Source: Candidatus Heimdallarchaeum aukensis (GTDB taxonomy: Archaea > Asgardarchaeota > Heimdallarchaeia > Heimdallarchaeales > Heimdallarchaeaceae). Taken from it: a DNA stretch of 64,000 bases. Below, in pieces: positions 58,448 through 64,000 of this stretch. Under the pieces are notes generated by a model, which saw only the letters and a program-made list of their open reading frames with translations, was not told the DNA's origin and did not search any database. Each line of letters begins with the position of its first letter. Positions within the stretch are counted from its first letter, which is position 1. The position numbers and the translations under genes are program-made. The stretch is taken from contig CP084166.1 of the NCBI GenBank assembly GCA_021513695.1, forward strand, positions 2,368,001 to 2,432,000, written 5' to 3'.

Positions 58448-58930
58448 ATGAAATTCTATGTTGATGCGATGTTTGGAAATCTGTCAAGATTTTTAAGGGT
58501 TTTAGGTTACGATTGCTTGCTACGTTCCAATACTCAAAATACAGATGATTATTTTTGTAAGGTTATAGAAGAAAATAGGATAATCATAACTCGCTCTAGG
58601 GTTCTTTATAACCAAGCTCGCAAAAGAGATATTAAAGCCATTTTCATTAATAAAGAAGGAATTGTAAATATCTTGTGTGAACTGAAAAGGAAAATAAATA
58701 TCAACCTTACTTGTGACCCTAATAATTCCCGTTGTTCAGATTGCAATGGTTTATTAGTTAAAACTGATAAAAACCTTATAAAAAAAGAAGTTAATAGTGG
58801 AACTTTTGAGCACTTTGAAGAGTTCTGGAAATGTAAAAGTTGTGGGAAAATTTATTGGGAAGGAGCTCATTGGGCTGATATAAGGAGAAAAATAAAACAA
58901 GTAAAAGAGTGTGTTGGAAATGAAAATTGA
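58448..58930 (+). CDS. Mut7-C (DUF82) PIN-like RNase domain protein with C-terminal zinc ribbon
   Basis: MKFYVDAMFGNLSRFLRVLGYD N-terminus, typical of PF01927. C-terminal CSDCNG...CKSCGKIYWEGAHW. Confidence 0.7.
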   Translation: MKFYVDAMFGNLSRFLRVLGYDCLLRSNTQNTDDYFCKVIEENRIIITRSRVLYNQARKRDIKAIFINKEGIVNILCELKRKININLTCDPNNSRCSDCNGLLVKTDKNLIKKEVNSGTFEHFEEFWKCKSCGKIYWEGAHWADIRRKIKQVKECVGNEN

Positions 58931-59534
58931 ATTTGAGACAGGAGAATACCTTGTGAAACTAGCTAGAAAAGCAGGAGAAAGTTGGGTTAAGTATAATAAA
59001 GCTATTGACCCTATAGAACCCATTCCTGAGCAAGCAAAAATGAAAACAGGAGCTTTTGTAACAGTAAAAAAGTATAAATTTACTTTAGAAAGCCTAAGAG
59101 GATGTATCGGTTACGTAGAAGGCATTGCTCCTTTATATGAAGAAGTGATAATGCTTGCAAAATCTGCAACACAAGAAGATCCCAGATTTCCCCCAGTAAA
59201 ACCAGATGAGTTGTCAAATTTGCTTTTTGAAGTAACTATAATGACTGTACCAAAAATAATCAATTATAACTCAATTGAGGAATTAATAAGTCAAATAAAG
59301 ATAGGGAGGGATGGATTAATAGTAGAAAAAGGGTTTAACAGAGGACTTCTCCTACCTCAAGTCCCAGTAGAGCAAAATTGGTCTGTTGAAGAATTCTTGT
59401 CTTACACATGTAGAAAAGCTTATCTCCCTACTGATGCTTGGAAAAAAATGGATCTGAAAATTAAGAAATTTCAGGGTGTAATATTCAAGGAGATAGTTCC
59501 TGAAGGAAAAATTGAACAGGAAGTTATTCAATAA
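58920..59534 (+). CDS. AMMECR1 domain protein
   Basis: LRGCIGY signature and RDGLIVEKG..GLLLPQV. The start at ATG 58920 (or 58911) overlaps the 3' end of the Mut7-C gene. Confidence 0.8.
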   Translation: MKIEFETGEYLVKLARKAGESWVKYNKAIDPIEPIPEQAKMKTGAFVTVKKYKFTLESLRGCIGYVEGIAPLYEEVIMLAKSATQEDPRFPPVKPDELSNLLFEVTIMTVPKIINYNSIEELISQIKIGRDGLIVEKGFNRGLLLPQVPVEQNWSVEEFLSYTCRKAYLPTDAWKKMDLKIKKFQGVIFKEIVPEGKIEQEVIQ

Positions 59535-60459
59535 TTTTAAGAATTTTATCAATCTTTTTGAAATCTGGCCTTTCAGCTATGTCAGGAACAAAAATTGGTA
59601 TAGTAACTGGAAGCTTTTGTTCAATTTGGTAAAATAGATTTTTTGACATAACTATTGCTTTAGAATTACTACGTGAATAAAGAGAAAGTATCTCTTCTAC
59701 TCTATCTTTTTGACTTTCAATAAATAGCAAATGTTGTTCCTTAGAACTTTTAGATTGGAGGTCTAATATCAATTCAATAAAATTAAGAAATGTTTTGTTA
59801 AAATCATCCCGAGGTTTGAAAGAACAGATTGTAGTATTTGCTCCACGTTGATACATTTTCAGGATATTAGCTAAATCTTCTTTTTTTCCTTCAACTAGAA
59901 TTAATACTCTTCCTTGGCAACCTACAGGTAATCCTCCTAAACCTTCTTCTTTTGCATGAAACAGGTATGCATCTTTTTCTCTAACCTCAATGAACAGTGT
60001 ATATTCTGGAGAAGTTAAATCCACTTTTAGTTGTTTGCTAGAACATTTTTCTAAAATAAACGATCCAATTTCAGCTGCAAGTTCCATGCTGGTGAAAGGG
60101 TGAGTTCCTACTCTTTTTACTCTTACTGCAAAAGAAGAGTGGGTCTGAATTTCATTAAGTAGCTGCTTTTCAATAACATTTTTGATTTCCTCTAATTCTG
60201 AGGGACATTTTATTGTTTTACTTATACTTTTGACTCCTGGAACAAAAGCACTAACAATTCTTTCAGCTTTTTCCAACTCGTCTGTTGACACAAAAATTCT
60301 GCTATATTGGTTTGAAACCCTAAAATCTTGAATGTTGAAATAGTTTAAACAATATCTAATGTGATTTAATAGAATAGATGTAAACCATTGTCTAGTTTTT
60401 TTACTTTTAATTCCAATTTCAGAGAAACGTACTAGCAGTAAGTGTGGATAGTCATTCAT
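59524..60459 (-). CDS. ThiI-like NFLD+THUMP protein with degenerate PP-loop domain
   Basis: LLLVRFSEIGIKSKKTRQWF (ThiI N-terminus pattern). GGLPVGCQGRVLILVEGKKEDLA sits where ThiI has GGLPVG..G.vl.LlSGGiDSpVA. Only 311 aa. Confidence 0.6.
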   Translation of the reverse strand: MNDYPHLLLVRFSEIGIKSKKTRQWFTSILLNHIRYCLNYFNIQDFRVSNQYSRIFVSTDELEKAERIVSAFVPGVKSISKTIKCPSELEEIKNVIEKQLLNEIQTHSSFAVRVKRVGTHPFTSMELAAEIGSFILEKCSSKQLKVDLTSPEYTLFIEVREKDAYLFHAKEEGLGGLPVGCQGRVLILVEGKKEDLANILKMYQRGANTTICSFKPRDDFNKTFLNFIELILDLQSKSSKEQHLLFIESQKDRVEEILSLYSRSNSKAIVMSKNLFYQIEQKLPVTIPIFVPDIAERPDFKKIDKILKIIE

Positions 60460-60507
60460 TAGTTTTACCTAGAATGAAGGAAGAAACGAAGAATATAAGA
60501 ATAACTA

Positions 60508-60765
60508 TTATTCATTAAAGAAATCTATGCCCTCGATGAATCTTTCTCTTCTCTCTTCTTTTTCTGCTTCGCTAATTTCTATTTCTTCTTCCTCGATTAT
60601 GACATCACCTAATTCACTAGATTTGTGTTCAACTTCTTCTTGTATTTCGTATTTTGAAGTATCGTCGATATCTTTTTCAAACTTACACTTAGGGCATATA
60701 AGAATGCGTTTTTTACCCTTCTTTGCAGGGATTAACATTTTTCCGCAATTTTCACAGAATTCCAC
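60508..60765 (-). CDS. TFS/Rpb9 N-terminal-type zinc ribbon protein with acidic tail
   Basis: MEFCENCGKMLIPAKKGKKRILICPKCKFE resembles the N-terminal ribbon of TFS/RpoM. No second (TFIIS-type) ribbon. The C-terminal half is E/D-rich. Confidence 0.45.
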   Translation of the reverse strand: MEFCENCGKMLIPAKKGKKRILICPKCKFEKDIDDTSKYEIQEEVEHKSSELGDVIIEEEEIEISEAEKEERRERFIEGIDFFNE

Positions 60766-60956
60766 GTGCTACTCACTTTTTTATCTTGTGATTTTTGGTA
60801 TGTCGCTTTTCACTTTTTAACTTTTCTCTTTAAAACTTTTTTAGCAGATTCTTTATATTTTCTTGTAAATTTTCTAACAATTTTGTAAAATAACAATTCC
60901 AATAACTGCAAAGAGATAAACTTTTGAACTGCTTTTTTTTTACTTATCTGAAAAGA

Positions 60957-62000
60957 ATGCCTAATAAAACTTCTCCTAGAAAAGATGAGCATCTAAAGAT
61001 ATGCAATGAGTTAGACGTAAATTATGATCTAATTTCTCCTGGTTTTGAGAAAGTAAGCATCTCTGATGAGCTTTCAAACTTCTCAGATGTTACTCCTGAT
61101 ATGGTTAAACTTGAAACTTCACTATTTGGAAAAAAAATAGATTTTCCAGTGATTATCTCAGGAATAACTGGAGGTTCAGAAGAAGGAAAAAAAATTAACA
61201 AATCTATAGCTAAAGTTTGTAATGAATTTAATATCGCCATGGGTGTAGGAAGTCAGAGAGCAGCAATTGAAGATCCACAATTGGTATCTACTTATCAAGT
61301 TCGAGAGTATGCTCCTAATATTCCTTTAATTGGGAATCTTGGGGTAGCTCAACTCTTAGATAAAACAAATGGAGAAAAGGTAAAACTTGCTGTAGAAATG
61401 ATTGATGCAGATGCTATAGCTTTGCACATAAATCCTTTACAAGAATATGTACAATATGAAGGAGACAAACATTTTACTAACATGATTCCATCTTTAAGGC
61501 ATATAGTTCAAAACAGCAGTTTTCCTATAATAATAAAAGGTGTTGGTTTCGGATTTAGTTTTAAGGATATGCAAATAATTGGTAAAATAGGCGCAAAATA
61601 TGTAGACATTGCTGGTGCAGGAGGAACAAATTGGACGAAAATAGAACTTTATAGACATAAAAAAGAATTTGGTTTTTCTAATGATTTTGTAAATCTGGGC
61701 ATCTCAACAGTAGAAACACTAAGAAACGCCGTACTTGTGCAACAGACTTATCCTTACAAAATTATTGCATCTGGAGGAATATGGTCAGGAATAAATGCTG
61801 TAAAAGCTTTGCTTTTAGGTGCTGATTACGTGGGTTTAGCTCTACCAATCGTAAAAGCTTTCTATCATAAAGGAGAAGAAGGAATAAAATCTTTTCTTTC
61901 AACTTTCATAACTGAAATGAAAATAGTTTTAGCTATGATGGGTATTAGAGACTTAAGTCAACTAAATAAAAGAAAAAAGAAATTCTTATCCCACCAGTAA
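60957..62000 (+). CDS. fni: Isopentenyl-diphosphate delta-isomerase, type 2 (FMN-dependent)
   Basis: RKDEHLKIC, ISGITGG, MGVGSQRAA, AGAGGTNW and ASGGI motifs. ATG 60957 is preferred over the TTG track start at 60924. Confidence 0.85.
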   Translation: MPNKTSPRKDEHLKICNELDVNYDLISPGFEKVSISDELSNFSDVTPDMVKLETSLFGKKIDFPVIISGITGGSEEGKKINKSIAKVCNEFNIAMGVGSQRAAIEDPQLVSTYQVREYAPNIPLIGNLGVAQLLDKTNGEKVKLAVEMIDADAIALHINPLQEYVQYEGDKHFTNMIPSLRHIVQNSSFPIIIKGVGFGFSFKDMQIIGKIGAKYVDIAGAGGTNWTKIELYRHKKEFGFSNDFVNLGISTVETLRNAVLVQQTYPYKIIASGGIWSGINAVKALLLGADYVGLALPIVKAFYHKGEEGIKSFLSTFITEMKIVLAMMGIRDLSQLNKRKKKFLSHQ

Positions 62001-62139
62001 ATAGGCTTTAAAGTTAGGAATCAGCCTAACTATGATTCGTCATTGTCTTTTTAGACTCAGCAATGCCTTGCTCATCACTTAGGATCAAATGATTTTTGGA
62101 GTATATCTTTCTTCCTATCTCTCCCTTATTTTAAAAAAA

Positions 62140-63072
62140 TTAAAATAGATTAGTACTTAACATTAATGGTGGAATAATAATTAGTACATTGGCGGCTAAT
62201 ATTGCTGCATAAGCAAATTTATTCCAGTTAAGAATTTTTTTTCCGTCTAGCTGCCATAAGGGAATGCAATTAAAAAGCGCAATAAGTCCGTTGAATAGAG
62301 TTATTTTCAAAAAGATATTTTCAAATATAGGTGAAAAAGTCAAAGGTAGAATTGCAAATTTGATAAGTAAACCAATAATTAGACTAACTCCTCCAATAAT
62401 TGCATTTATAGCTGGACCAGCTAAAGCTACAAGTCCGCCTTCTTTTTTAGTCATTTTTCGTCTAGGATCTAAGGGAACAATTGCTACAAAGCCAGGAACA
62501 ATTAAACCTATTTGGAAAATTAAAGTAAATAATGTGAATAGAATACCTTTTGTCCATAGAACATACCTTGCAAATTGTCCTTTTTTAATTGCCACAAATT
62601 TATGAGCTAGTTCATGAGGTAGAAAAGCTGTACCAATAAGGATTCCTGAAATAATAAATCCCCAGTAGTTTCTTTCGAAGATAAATTCTGATATCCCAAA
62701 TACAAGTATAATTAGTCCAAAACCAAAAATCAGGTCTAAAGCTTCTGAACCTAAAGAAAAAATATCAGGAGAAGCTAACAATCTTCTAGTTATTAATTCT
62801 TTTTTCGATTTATTGTCTAAACGAGATAATTGGTCATAGTATGCTTGTTGGGCTTGTTTTTGAACATATTCTGCAGCTTTTTGTATTCCCGTCATTATAG
62901 CAGAAGTTGCTTGCGCTACTGTCTCTGCTTGTTCTGGGAAAGATTGACCTAAAAAGATGGGGCATTGATGATTTTGGGGATCACGATGCTCCTCACAGAA
63001 AGAGTGGTGACAATATCTACAATAAAAGAGTATATCTTCATCTCTATTACAGTTAGGGTAATCGCATTTCAT
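62140..63072 (-). CDS. AN1-type zinc finger fused to M50 (site-2 protease-like) membrane metalloprotease
   Basis: C8-x9-C-x2-C-x4-C-x2-H-x5-H-x-C matches the AN1 spacing (CNRDEDILFYCRYCHHSFCEEHRDPQNHQC). HELAHKF (HExxH) lies in a TM helix. About 6 TM helices. Confidence 0.75.
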   Translation of the reverse strand: MKCDYPNCNRDEDILFYCRYCHHSFCEEHRDPQNHQCPIFLGQSFPEQAETVAQATSAIMTGIQKAAEYVQKQAQQAYYDQLSRLDNKSKKELITRRLLASPDIFSLGSEALDLIFGFGLIILVFGISEFIFERNYWGFIISGILIGTAFLPHELAHKFVAIKKGQFARYVLWTKGILFTLFTLIFQIGLIVPGFVAIVPLDPRRKMTKKEGGLVALAGPAINAIIGGVSLIIGLLIKFAILPLTFSPIFENIFLKITLFNGLIALFNCIPLWQLDGKKILNWNKFAYAAILAANVLIIIPPLMLSTNLF

Positions 63073-63255
63073 TAGTTAAACTCAATTTAACATAGGCATT
63101 TTAGAACCTATTCATTTAGCAGAAATTTTTCAATGTTCAAATCTAAAATTTTTGAATGAAATAGAATTTTAAAAAATTATAACTGTTTTATTCCAATAAA
63201 ACTTTTAAGGTAGAATCATCTAACATTTTTTAACAACTCAATTTAGGTGTGAAAA

Positions 63256-64000
63256 TGAAACCCGATATTGAAATCTCACAAGAAAAAGCAAAAGATATGA
63301 AAGATATTAGAGAAATTGTAAAAAAAGTAGGTTTAACTGAAGACGATCTTCAGCTTTACGGTAAGTATATAGCCAAGTTAAGTCAAGAGGCCATTTCTCG
63401 CATTCTTAACTCAGATAAAGAAGAAGGAAAATTAATTTTCGTTACAGCTATGACTGCCTCAAAAGCAGGAGAAGGAAAGACAGTAACCAGTATAGGTCTG
63501 TCTCAAGCTTTCGCTAAACTAGGAAAAAATGTAATGTTTGCCATTAGAGAACCATCAATGGGACCAACTTTTGGAATAAAAGGAGGAGCAACTGGTGGAG
63601 GATATTCACAAGTCTTCCCAATGGTTGATATTGATCTGCACTTTACAGGAGATCTTCATGCAATTACATCAGCTCACAATTTACTCGCTGCACTGATTGA
63701 TAATCACATAACGAAAGGTAATAAACTAAACATTGATCCTACTAAGGTCACTTGGCCAAGAGCTTTGGATGTAAATGACAGAGCATTAAGAAACATCATT
63801 ACTGGGTTGGGAGGAAGAAGATTAGGCGGAGATATTCGTAATACTGGTTTTGTAATTACTGCAGCTAGTGAAATAATGGCTATTTTGGCACTTTCAATGG
63901 ATATGAAAGAATTGAAAGAAAGGCTAGGTAATATTTTAATTGGTTATACTTACGATGATAAGCCAGTATATGCAAGAGATCTAAAAGCTGTTGGCGCAAT
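63256..64000 (+). CDS. fhs: Formate--tetrahydrofolate ligase (3'-truncated by the window end)
   Basis: Not in the ORF track because no stop is reached. My translation from ATG 63256 (AGGTG upstream) gives [78 protein letters not shown]. Confidence 0.85.

Noticed and set aside
63120-63175. Inverted repeat TTCAAA..TTTGAA upstream of fhs as a regulatory site
   Set aside because: A 6-bp A/T-rich dyad is expected by chance in this composition.

Overview
The window is a 64-kb, AT-rich, tightly packed archaeal chromosomal segment. G+C is roughly 30% by eye, and my 120-nt hand counts range from 23% to 44%. It carries about 58 protein genes on both strands. I found no rRNA, tRNA or CRISPR array by eye. 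All calls come from motif recognition in the supplied translations and in the DNA; no searches were run.

Archaeal hallmarks present:
- a class-III (type IV pilin-like) signal-peptide protein
- a type-2 IPP isomerase
- a CDP-alcohol phosphatidyltransferase
- an MptE-like pterin kinase
- a two-subunit class-I fumarase
- NikR
- a TFS-like zinc ribbon, plus many zinc-ribbon fusions

Several further genes point to an Asgard (Lokiarchaeia-like) genome, which is an inference only:
- two paralogous Rab/Ras-like small GTPases
- an integrin-alpha-like FG-GAP/TSP3 surface protein
- an AN1-zinc-finger::M50 protease fusion
- a Tubby/LOR-like protein
- an NEMF/Rqc2 homologue

Metabolic and housekeeping content:
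- a GlcD-like FAD dehydrogenase + EtfB + ferredoxin-domain EtfA operon
- two divergent ClC-CBS channels
- a heterodimeric ABC exporter pair
- M20 peptidase, Nudix, Sir2 and PTPS/QueD
- formate-THF ligase (3'-truncated by the window edge)

The segment from about 32.3 to 46.3 kb looks accessory. It holds a decayed surface-protein gene with a GC-rich insert, an S8 protease, a bacterial-type lacZ with an E2-like acyltransferase, an intact IS with inverted repeats and a target duplication, nikR, an orphan ABC ATPase and an orphan merA.

The observations most worth a second look:
- a 50%-GC, hairpin-dense insert of about 330 nt inside the broken gene
- a family-5 solute-binding protein whose conserved blocks are in circularly permuted order
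- a translationally coupled coiled-coil + Rab-like GTPase operon in which both proteins share a SADEFN motif
- a ThiI-like THUMP protein whose PP-loop is replaced
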